Positions 51,652 to 61,200 of a DNA stretch of 64,000 nt are shown piece after piece (position 1 is the stretch's first letter; each line of letters begins with the position of its first letter). The stretch lies in NCBI GenBank assembly GCA_963717145.1, contig OY970325.1, forward strand, positions 4,576,001-4,640,000. Direction: 5' to 3'. The notes beneath the pieces were generated by a model. The model saw only the letters and a program-made list of their open reading frames with translations. It was not told the origin of the DNA and ran no database searches. The position numbers were made by a program, and so were the translations under genes. This DNA is from an uncultured Armatimonadetes bacterium (lineage in GTDB: Bacteria; Armatimonadota; UBA5829; DTJY01).

Positions 51652-53025
51652 ATGGCACTGGTTCGTCCCCGGCTCAATGATCACTACGACCTTCCATTCA
51701 CGCAATCGGACGTAGACTTCGCCATTCCTCTGCTGGACGAGGACATCCCTCTGTATGCTGATCCATTCCTGCTGTGGAACTCCCCCTCACAGCAGGACAA
51801 CTCCCTCCATACTACTCTGATCAGCGCCTTCAATCATTTGGGACGCATGGCTCGGAAGGGCAAGGAGGATGAGGCAGCAGCGATACTCGTTGCCCTCTCT
51901 GAGTGCCGCGAGGTCGGACTGGGGAGCGCTCGCAACAAGCAGGGCCATAGGATAGGGAAGAAGACCGCTCTGGAGATTCTGTCGCTCTTCGGCAAGATTC
52001 CACAGGTGGCAGAGCAGGGATTTGAGCATATCGAGGAGGTCCAGCTTTTCGTGGACCAGATTGCGGCGGACCGCATAAGCGACATCACCTGCAGCGTGGT
52101 CAAGTCATTCCTGATCGACTTCACGATCGACCAGTGTGTGAAGTGGGGGATACCGAGGACAGCAGTAGTCGTGACGGAACTGCTTGACACTAAGCGCATG
52201 CGTCTGACCTCGGAGACTCTTGAACTGCCTGTGAACCCGAACAGTGGAAGTCCTGTGCTCCTAGTGCCAAAGCGATGGCTGCGATACCAGCCGTGGATCA
52301 ACTACGAGGACTATTTCGATGATGCGTACTGCAAAGCTGTTGCTCAGCCAGGCGATGGCAAGGTCGATAGGATAGCCGTACTGAACTACAACCGTCAGAA
52401 CTACGGCATGGTGCAGACCTACGTGCGCGAGAAAGAGCGTACGCAGGCCGACTGCAAGAACGATCCGCTGTTCAAGGCGATACCGATCATTTCGGCGAAG
52501 CGAAAGCTGGCGGAGATACGCAGACTGCCTACCGGTAAGACCGGCGACGCGGACAAACGATATGAGGATCTCGCGTGCCAGTTGATGGCGTCGATGCTTT
52601 ACCCTCAACTGGATTTCGCCGATGAGCAGAGCAGGACGGATTCCGGCGTCTTGATTCGTGACCTGATCTTCTACAACAACCGAGCAATGGACTTCCTGCG
52701 GGACATCCGCGAGGACTATGGAAGCCGTCAGATCGTCTTCGAACTCAAGAACGTAGCGAAGATCGAGCGAGAGCACATAAACCAGATCAACCGATACATG
52801 GCGGACCAATTCGGCAAGTTTGGCGTGATTCTTACGCGGAACCCCTTGCCCAAAGCCATGTTTCAGAGTACCATAGACCTATGGTCAGGTCAGCGAAGGT
52901 GCATTATCGCGCTCACTGACATTGATGTCGAGATGATGGTGACTCTGTTTGAGAGCAAGCAGCGGTTGCCAGCGGAAGTACTCAAGAAGGTATACTTAGA
53001 GTTCACTCGTGCTTGTCCAGCATGA
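51652..53025 (+). CDS. Hypothetical protein with a C-terminal PD-(D/E)xK nuclease-like domain
   Basis: YEDLAC…RDLIFYN…IVFELKN…QINRY…FGVILTR; GAGGAGG SD; TGcTATAAT extended -10. Confidence 0.75.
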   Translation: MALVRPRLNDHYDLPFTQSDVDFAIPLLDEDIPLYADPFLLWNSPSQQDNSLHTTLISAFNHLGRMARKGKEDEAAAILVALSECREVGLGSARNKQGHRIGKKTALEILSLFGKIPQVAEQGFEHIEEVQLFVDQIAADRISDITCSVVKSFLIDFTIDQCVKWGIPRTAVVVTELLDTKRMRLTSETLELPVNPNSGSPVLLVPKRWLRYQPWINYEDYFDDAYCKAVAQPGDGKVDRIAVLNYNRQNYGMVQTYVREKERTQADCKNDPLFKAIPIISAKRKLAEIRRLPTGKTGDADKRYEDLACQLMASMLYPQLDFADEQSRTDSGVLIRDLIFYNNRAMDFLRDIREDYGSRQIVFELKNVAKIEREHINQINRYMADQFGKFGVILTRNPLPKAMFQSTIDLWSGQRRCIIALTDIDVEMMVTLFESKQRLPAEVLKKVYLEFTRACPA

Positions 53026-53046
53026 CAGCGGAAAGGAGTATAGGCG

Positions 53047-53436
53047 ATGAAGGCTGAGGATGTCGATTTCTTTGAGAAGGTGCAGGCGCAGTTGGGACAG
53101 CTACACAAAGAGATGAGTGCTCTTGCCAAGAGCAAGGCCGACAACCCCGTCAACAAGTTCAAGCTGAAGCTAATGAACCAGAAGTTGGCGGAAGCCAACA
53201 CTATCCTCGTAGGTGGCTTCGCCCCGTTCGAGGACTTCGAGACTTTTCCCGAGGAGGACTTACCATCCAACAGTGACGTCGTGATGGTGCTATCCCAGTA
53301 TCTGGAGTGTCTTGAGGGATGGAGATCGGCCAACGTAGTATACAACCCCAGCGACTACGAATGGTATTGGAAGACTGATGATCGTAGCAGCATCAAGTCA
53401 CGACAACCGTCGAGGTTCCGAGTGAACGCAAAGTGA
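53047..53436 (+). CDS. Small helical hypothetical protein, paralogue A
   Basis: AAGGAG SD; NKFKL, LPSNSDV, SQYL, WYW shared with the next gene. Confidence 0.85.
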   Translation: MKAEDVDFFEKVQAQLGQLHKEMSALAKSKADNPVNKFKLKLMNQKLAEANTILVGGFAPFEDFETFPEEDLPSNSDVVMVLSQYLECLEGWRSANVVYNPSDYEWYWKTDDRSSIKSRQPSRFRVNAK

Positions 53437-53462
53437 TGCAGAGAGGCGCAAAGCCAGGGACG

Positions 53463-53840
53463 ATGAAGAGGCAAGAAGTAGATGCGTTCGAGGCGCTCGA
53501 AGGACAGCTTGCCAGCTTGTACGACGAGATGCAGACCCTCGTAAAGAAGAGCCCGAATGACTTGATGAATAAGTTCAAGTTGCAGCTTGTAAACTCGATC
53601 CTGAAGCGGGTTAACGAGATGCTCGGTGATAAGCGCAAGCCGTTCCCCGATTTCTGCATGTTCGATCAGGACGTCTTACCTTCAAACAGCGATGTTCTCG
53701 TCATCGTCTCCCAGTATCTGAGTAGCATGGAGGAACTCAGAGTGGCCAACATCCACATGAGCGGGGGACGGTGGTACTGGACCATGACTGACGATTCCTC
53801 GACTAGGAGTGCCGCAACCCCGAGGAGGCTGCGCAAGTAG
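53463..53840 (+). CDS. Small helical hypothetical protein, paralogue B
   Basis: Aligns from MK…VD.FE with paralogue A (43 identities in the first 96 residues, no gaps). Confidence 0.85.
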   Translation: MKRQEVDAFEALEGQLASLYDEMQTLVKKSPNDLMNKFKLQLVNSILKRVNEMLGDKRKPFPDFCMFDQDVLPSNSDVLVIVSQYLSSMEELRVANIHMSGGRWYWTMTDDSSTRSAATPRRLRK

Positions 53841-54095
53841 TGGGATAGCCTGAGGTCGGCAGCTTGTGTTGAGCGAGATGCGGGACATCGATCAGCCTAT
53901 CAGATGTAAACAGCGCGGATTCGTTTCCTGTTTCATGGGGATCAGATCGGACGATCCCTAGTACCTTCTCGATTCCAGCTCTTCGCCACAGAAGTGCCCG
54001 CAAATGGAACCCCTATACCCCGTAGCCACCCCTAAAGATAGCACACTCCGATGCCGAAGATAGGGGTAGATCGCTCCATGCGCCGTTGCCCCTGA

Positions 54096-54288
54096 TATCG
54101 AAACATCACAGGCGGCTATCCGGCGCGAAACGGTGCTTATCCCGGGCGAAGGGATACGTATCCCGGGCGAAAAGATAGCTATCCCGGGCGGCGGGATATG
54201 TATCTCGCCGGGAAGGATATGTATCTCGGCGCGGGGGATAGCGATCCCTCGCACCGGTATAGCTATCCCCGGCGGACCGATAGCGATC
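54096..54288. repeat. 21-nt-period tandem array (TATC-N11-GATA-N2), nine units
   Basis: Units start at 54096, 54117, 54138, 54159, 54180, 54201, 54222, 54243, 54264. Confidence 0.85.
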
Positions 54289-54355
54289 GGATTCGTAACG
54301 GGGGATGGGCGGGCGGATCGAGCGACCGTGCGACCCTCGGGAGGAGGAAATCATC

Positions 54356-55015
54356 GTGGCAAGAGATTACATCGTTCGGAAGGACCAGGAGTTCAATGCC
54401 TGGCTCGCGAACTTCATCACCAGTCTGAGTGCGCATTCGGCGGAATTCGGCCTTGTGCCGGAGGACCTGCTGCCCATCGAGGGCGAATCCACCGCCTTCG
54501 ATTCCGCGCTTACCTTACTGGAGCAGCGGCGAATCGCATTGAACTCGGCTTCGAAGAACAAGATGAGCAGGCGGGTCTCGACGGAGGCGGTCCTGCGCCC
54601 GCTCGTCCGCCGTATCACGGGCCATCCCGCGATGACCGACGGACTCCTGGGCCAACTGGGCCTGCCGGTTCGGAGAGTCCGCAAAGGAATCCTGCCGGTC
54701 GGACCAGAGGTCCCGGCGATACTCACCGAGGCCGCCCCGGGCCGGGTGATCATTCATTTTGGGACCGCGCCGGCGAACGAGCAGCGCAATGGAAAACCGG
54801 GATGGGCGAAGGGATGCAACATCTACCGCAGCAAGGCCGGCGAGTCTGACTTCCGGATGGTCGGCTTCGCGAGCGCATCTCCGTATGTCGATGAGGTGGT
54901 AGGAGCGGGATCGGATTACACGTACTACGTCCAGTATCGGGGAACGAAGGCCACCCAACTGGGTCAAGGCTCGCATCAGATGACCGTCGCGGCCCGTGGG
55001 TTGGAGGCGGCGTAG
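54356..55015 (+). CDS. Hypothetical protein: helical N-domain plus FN3/Ig-like C-domain
   Basis: GTG after GAGGAGG; DYIVRKDQEFNAW start; IIHFG…GKP…GCNIY…SPYVD…YTYYVQY beta pattern. Confidence 0.8.
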   Translation: MARDYIVRKDQEFNAWLANFITSLSAHSAEFGLVPEDLLPIEGESTAFDSALTLLEQRRIALNSASKNKMSRRVSTEAVLRPLVRRITGHPAMTDGLLGQLGLPVRRVRKGILPVGPEVPAILTEAAPGRVIIHFGTAPANEQRNGKPGWAKGCNIYRSKAGESDFRMVGFASASPYVDEVVGAGSDYTYYVQYRGTKATQLGQGSHQMTVAARGLEAA

Positions 55016-55020
55016 GGGGA

Positions 55021-55096
55021 ATGGTTGATGGGGGATGGTTCATGGTTGATGCCGGATCATTCCCCGTTTGCCATCGACCATCAGCCATCAACCATT
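55021..55096. repeat. Heptamer (ATGGTTG) fold-back repeat between convergent genes
   Basis: atggttgatggggga-tggttcatggttgatg … catcgaccatcagccatcaaccat. Confidence 0.8.
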
Positions 55097-55098
55097 CC

Positions 55099-55653
55099 CT
55101 ACATGTATTTCTCGCCGAGCCGGTCGAGGAGCGCGTGATATCGCTCGTGGACTCCCGGCCCGATGCGCTCCTGCTCGACCCGCTCGAATTCAGTCGTCAA
55201 CCTCGCATGCTCGTCCTCGCACAGATGCTGCTCGGCCATGCAGAAGAGGATGTTGTTCTCCTTCTCGATGTGCTCGGTGAGAAGCTGAACGTATCCATGG
55301 GCCGCCGATGCGAACGCCTTCCGCGCATCCGGATCGCCCTCACGGATGCCGGGCAGCGCATCGGCCATCCCTCGGACGAACTCCCGCCCACATTTGTGCT
55401 CGGTCAGCATCACGCCGATCGGCCCGCCCTCCCTCGGGATTCCGACCTTCTCGAGAGCGGGGAACAGCAGGTCCTCTTCCTTCCCATGGTGGCATCGGTC
55501 GGCAAATGTCTTGATGAAGTCCACCAGGCCGTCCAGATCGTCGGCCTCCACCGTGCGTCCGGCCTCGAGGTCGTCGGCCAGGCGGTCGAGGACGGCGATC
55601 GCGACCTTGATCCCCTCGTGTTCGTCTCGCAGTTCCTGGGTTGCGTATGTCAT
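55099..55653 (-). CDS. Hemerythrin (HHE) domain protein
   Basis: DEHEGI, FADRCHHGKEEDLLFP, MLTEH, HIEKENNILF. Confidence 0.93.
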   Translation of the reverse strand: MTYATQELRDEHEGIKVAIAVLDRLADDLEAGRTVEADDLDGLVDFIKTFADRCHHGKEEDLLFPALEKVGIPREGGPIGVMLTEHKCGREFVRGMADALPGIREGDPDARKAFASAAHGYVQLLTEHIEKENNILFCMAEQHLCEDEHARLTTEFERVEQERIGPGVHERYHALLDRLGEKYM

Positions 55654-55698
55654 GCATCATTGTTACCCGGAAGCGAGTGCAGCTACACGTCACGTGGT

Positions 55699-55748
55699 CC
55701 CCGGTGCTTCGGCAGCGCCGCCGGGCCTCTGCTACCGAAGCATCGGGG
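55699..55748. repeat. REP-like palindrome (copy 2 of 2)
   Basis: Near-identical to 1228-1267. Confidence 0.85.
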
Positions 55749-55955
55749 AATGGGGGGCGGCATTCTCCTTTGTCAGCAGGTCACTCTGACGGAGGGATGG
55801 AGCACAATATCTTTGTGAAGGAAGGAACAATCGCCGGCATGCCGAAGCATAGCGTAATGTAGTAAAATCAGAATGCACCTGCGGCGCTATCCGAGGGTAT
55901 CTCGGGCTGAGACAATGCCGCAGAGTCGCAGCAACATCGAGAGGAGTTTTCGCAA

Positions 55956-56243
55956 GTGCTTCACGAACCAGCATCACCTCAAGGGAAGGACTACGCGGCG
56001 GCGTTCAAGATGCGGTTGGGCGTCTGGATGTTCATCTGCTACTCACTGTTCTACGCCGGCTTCGTCGCCATCAACCTGTACAGCCCGGTGCTCATGGAGA
56101 AGATCGTGCTCTTCGGGCTGAACCTGGCCACGGTCTACGGGTTCGCGCTGATCATCGTGGCGCTGATCCAGGCCCTGGTCTACGACGGGCTCTGCCGCCG
56201 CCAGGAGCGTCTGCTCGGCGGGCGGTCGACCGAGGAGGAGTAA
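55956..56243 (+). CDS. DUF485 family small membrane protein
   Basis: Two TM helices, FGLNLATVYG; precedes an SSS symporter. Confidence 0.85.
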   Translation: MLHEPASPQGKDYAAAFKMRLGVWMFICYSLFYAGFVAINLYSPVLMEKIVLFGLNLATVYGFALIIVALIQALVYDGLCRRQERLLGGRSTEEE

Positions 56244-58156
56244 GTGACATGGTGCATCAGCATTTTCCTCGGATTCGTGCTCTTCGTCCTCGGCCTGTCG
56301 TTCTACCTCGGCAACAGAGACCGACGACCTCCAGCGGCTACTACGCCGCCGGCGGGCAGATCCACTGGGGCGTCAACGGCATCGCCTTCGCCGGCGACTA
56401 CCTTTCGGCCGCCTCGTTCCTGGGCATCTGCGGCATGATCGCCACCGTCGGCTACGACGGCTTCCTCTACTCCATCGGCTACCTGGCCGGCTGGATCGTC
56501 GCGCTCTTCGTCGTGGCCGAGCCGATGAAGCGGCTGGGCAAGTACACCTTCACCGACGCCGTGGACTCCAAGTTCAACTCGCGCGGCATCAAGCTGGCGG
56601 CCGCGATCAGCACGCTGGTCGTCTCCGTCTGCTACCTGATCCCGCAGATGGTCGGCGCCGGCGTGCTGGTGGAGCCGCTGCTGGGCCTGGCGCACCACTG
56701 GGGCGTGATCATGGTCGGCGCGATCGTCATCACCATCGTGGCCACGGCCGGCATGGCCTCCACGACCTACGTGCAGTTCCTCAAGGGCGCGCTGCTGATC
56801 GTCTTCTCGACGGTGCTGGTGATCGCGGTCTGCGTCCGCGGCTTCAACACCCAGCCCGACCAGGGCGGCAAGGTGCCGTTCCACGAGTACAAGACGCTGG
56901 CCGCGCAGAAGGTCGACGGACAGCTCGCGGTGACCGAGCCGGGCTGGCAGGTCGTCGAGGTGCAGGAAGTCAAGGCCGCCAAGGCGACGCTTCGCTCAAG
57001 CTGGCGAAGGACGGCAAGGAGACCTGGTGGCTGGTCGACGACAAGGACGGCGTGGTATCGCTGGAGGAGACGCAGTCCGTCGTGATCACCAAGGACGGCC
57101 GCAAGCTCATCAACGGCGCGCCGGCCTCGAAGGAGAACGCCCTGCGCCAGGTCGGCAACATCGAGCAGCTGCGCGGGCAAGAGGTAGCGCCGAAGGGCAG
57201 CGTCTCGCCGTTCGAGTTCCTCGCCGCCCTGTCCGACAAGGACACGGTCGTGCGCCGCTGGAAGGACGCGAAGTTCGCCGACAAGGACGGCGCCAAGGTG
57301 ACCGTCTACTTCCCGTGCGCACACCGAGGGCAACCAGCTGATGCGCCCGGGCCTGAAGTTCAAGGTGCAGGGCACGCCGCTGGAGAAGCTCGACTTCGTC
57401 TCGCTGATGCTGGCGCTCTTCCTCGGCACGGCCGCCCTGCCGCACATCCTGATCCGCTACTACACCGTGCCCAACCCGGCCAGCCGCGCGCAAGTCCACC
57501 ATCGTGGCCATCGCCGCCATCGGGTTCTTCTACATCCTGACGCTGTTCATGGGCCTGGGCGCGATGATCAACGGCGTGATGAACCCGGCCGACAGCAACA
57601 TGGCCGCGCCGCTGCTGGCCCGTTCCTTCGGCAACTTCCTGTTCGCCGTCATCTCGGCCATCGCGTTCGCCACCGTGCTGGGCACGGTCAGCGGCCTGAT
57701 CGTGGCCGCCTCCGGCGCGGTGGCCCACGACTTCATGCGACCGCTTCCTGAACCGTCAGATGGACGACCACCAGAAGATCCGAGCCGGCAAGATCTCGGC
57801 CTTCGTCGTCGGCGCCATCGCCATCGTCCTGGGCATCCTCTTCAAGGGCATGAACGTGACGTTCCTGGTCGGCCTGGCCTTCGCGGTGGCGGCGTCGGCC
57901 AACCTGCCCGCCGATCCTGATGCTGCTGTTCTGGAAGAGGACGACCGCCAAGGGCATCACGGCGTCCATCTTCGTGGGCATCGTCTCGTCGCTGGCGCTG
58001 ATCGCCTTCTCGCCGGACCTGTACAAGCTGTACGGCCTGGACCCGACCACGGCGCCCATCCCGTTCACCAACCCGGGCATCATCTCGATCCCGCTGAGCT
58101 TCCTCACGCTGATCGTGGTGTCGCTGGTCACGAAGCGGGTCGAGGCCGCGGCTTAG
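56244..58156 (+). pseudogene. actP: ActP-like sodium:solute (cation/acetate) symporter broken by about six frameshifts (decay or assembly error)
   Basis: GDYLSAASFLG, PQMVGAG, GTAALPHILIRYYTVP, AIAFATVLGTVSGL, AASANLP, NPGIISIP motifs in shifting frames. Confidence 0.8.
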
Positions 58157-58185
58157 GAGATTAGTCCAACGGACGCCTTCCCGCG

Positions 58186-58259
58186 CGCTGTAGGGGCGTG
58201 CCTTGTGCCGCCCCCGGCGCGCGGTGAGACCAGGCGGCACAAGGCACGCCCCTACAGCG
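58186..58259. repeat. GTAG REP doublet
   Basis: cgctgtaggggcgtgccttgtgccgcc … ggcggcacaaggcacgcccctacagcg. Confidence 0.9.
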
Positions 58260-58298
58260 TTGCGGGGAGGCGTCCGTTCGAGGGCCGAGAGAGAGCGT

Positions 58299-61200
58299 AT
58301 GAAGGGTACCACGCGCGTCGATCTCCACTGTCACTCGATCTACAGCGACGGGACACTCGCGCCCCGCGACATTGCCGAACACCTCGCCGCGAACGGCGTG
58401 ACTGCGGCCGCCCTCACGGATCATGACAGCATCGACGGCCTCGCGGAGTTCTCGCGGACGTTGGCGCGTCGGGGAGTCGCACACATCACGGGCGTCGAGA
58501 TCACGGCCACGTGCCGGGGGAAAGAGGCGCACCTGCTCGGCTTCGGCTTCGATCCCGCGCACTCGGAACTCCGGACGGTCCTGCCGTCACTGCGTCAGGG
58601 CAGGACTCTCGACGTACATAGCATCGCCGGCTCCATCCGCAAGATGGGCTCGCCCCCTCAGACCGAGTCGGGCGCGGAGAGTGCCGGCTCTGACGGGCGG
58701 ATCGACATCTCCGAGGCGATCGCCCTCATCCACCGTGCGGGCGGATGCGCGGTCCTGGCGCATCCCTTGATCCTCGAACCGGACCTCGCCGAGCTGGAGA
58801 GTCTGCTGGCTGCTCTGAAGGACGACGGACTTGACGGCATTGAGGCGATCTACGAATCGTTCACCAACGATCAGCGCAAGCATCTGTGCGCGATGGCGAA
58901 GAGGCTCGACCTCATCGTGAGCGGGGGCACGGACGTTCACGACCGCAAGCCGCAGGACAGCTCAGAGGCGGGCATCCAGATGCCGACCGAGCTGTGGAAG
59001 GAGTTCCGCGACTCCGTCTGCTTCAACAATCCGCAGGCGCTGCAGGGCGTTCCCGCTTCGACCCCGCTGCACCCGCGGCGACGTCTGCAGTGGCGGCATT
59101 TCGCATTCCATTTCATGTTTCCCACCTTCCTGGCGATCGCGCTGTTCGTGACTGCCATCTATGCCGTCTTCCTCCCGACGTTCGAGAGGTCGCTCCTCGA
59201 CCGCAAGCGCGAGATGATACGGGAACTCACCAACTCGGCGTGGAGCATCCTGGCCGGGTATGAGCGAGATGAGCGAGCGGGCAGGCTGACTCGCGAACAG
59301 GCTCAGGAAATGGCTCGGTCGCGTGTCGAGTCGCTCCGCTATGGCCGCGAAGGCAAGGACTACTTCTGGCTGCAGGACATGCACCCGCGTATCATCATGC
59401 ATCCCTACCGGAAGGATCTGAACGGCAAGGATGTGTCGATCTTCCAGGATCCGCGCGGCGTTCGGATCTTCGTGAAGTTTGCCGACCTCGTCCGTCGCCA
59501 CGGGGAGGGCTACATCGAATACGTTTGGCAGTGGAAGGACGACCCGAGCCGCCTCGTCCCGAAGGAGTCGTACATCAAGGGATTCCAGCCGTGGGGATGG
59601 ATCATCGGGACAGGCATTTACATCGAGGATGTGAACGAGGAGATCGCGCGAGTCGAACGGCGTCTCGTTCATACATCGCTCGGCATCTCCTTGATCGTCG
59701 TCCTGCTTCTCCTCTACGTGATGCGTCAGAGTCTTTGGTTGGAACGCGAGCGCTCCGAGGCCGAAGAGAGCCTTCAGGAATCCACGGAACGGTATCGCTC
59801 GCTTGTCGAGGCCACCACCGAAGGCACGCTGCTGGTAATGCACGGCCGCCCTCGATATGCGAATCATATCTTCCTCAAGATGCTCGGATGCACGCAGCGC
59901 GAACTCGAGTTCCTCGATCTGTCGGACCTGTTCCCGGACATCAAGGACAACGAGCGCGCGAGGGCAAGTGTGAATCGCCTACTGCGCGGCGATGAGTCGG
60001 TGGAGGGCTTCGACGCCACAATGAAGCGACGGGACGGCACGCTCATCGAGTGCGTTCTGACCCCAAGCCGGATCTCGTTCGCGGGTGGAAGCGGCTTCAT
60101 CCTGCTGACTCGGGATGTCGGCATCACCCCCGAGGGCGGAGGAGTGCGGGACGGATTGGACAAGCGCTGGCATCGCCTTCAGCAGGTCGTGGACGGCCTC
60201 CCGGTCGGTCTCTTCCGTGCGCGGGCCAATTCACGGGGAGCACTGATCGACAGCAATCCGGCCGCTGTGAGGCTTCTGACCGTCGCGGATGCGCCCGATG
60301 ACGCGCCGATCACTCTGTCAGGTCTATTCGATGACGCCAGGCTTTACGACATGTTCCTGCAGGATCTCCGCAAGCAGGGAAGGGCCGAGCGCCGTTTCCA
60401 TGTCACCTCCAAAGACCCGGGCACGAAGATGGTGGCGATCGTCGCCGTTCTTGTGAGAGACAGTGGAGGGGGGGCCGACTACATCGACGGAATCGTACAG
60501 GACATCACCCTTCAGGATAAGCGCGCCACGGAGCTGAACGCGGTGGTGGATAAGCTCCAGGCCACCCTGCTCTTCCTCCACGAGCCGGTAAGCCACATCG
60601 GCCGCAGCATCGTCTTCTGCAAACTGGACACTCCCATCCGCTCCGTCGCGGCCCTCATGTCCGAGCAGGGGTCGAGCGCCGCCCTGATCCAATCGGATGA
60701 CGGCAGCACGGTGGGGATTGTGACCGACAGCGACTGTCGAGCGCGCGTCGTGGCCGCCGGACTCGATCGTCAAGAGCCCGTCTCGCGGATCATGAGTTCC
60801 CCTCTGGTGGTCATCCCCGAGAGCGCCGAGATCTACGAGGCTCTGCTGCTGATGGAACAGAAGGGTGTCCAGCACCTGGCGGTCGCCGATGAGGCGGGGC
60901 GGATAGTGGGGGTCGTCCGAAACCAGGAGCTTCTGCAGTTCGAGAGCTACGGCCCGATCGTGCTGACGCGGGAAGTGGAGCAAGCCGGTACGCCGGAGGA
61001 AGTAGTGGCGTGCTGTCGGCGCGCCCCGGGCCTGGCAAGATCGCTCCTGAACTGCGGGGCCCATCCGCGTCATGTGACCCGCATGATCTCGTCCGTCTGT
61101 GATGCCGCGACAGTGCGCCTGATCGCCCTTGCCGAAGCGGAACTCGGCCCATCGCCTCTACCATTCGTCTTCCTGGCACTCGGCAGTCACGGCCGGCAGG

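Noticed and set aside
54096-54288. CRISPR array
   Set aside because: Repeat (10 nt) and spacer (11 nt) are far too short, and there are no cas genes
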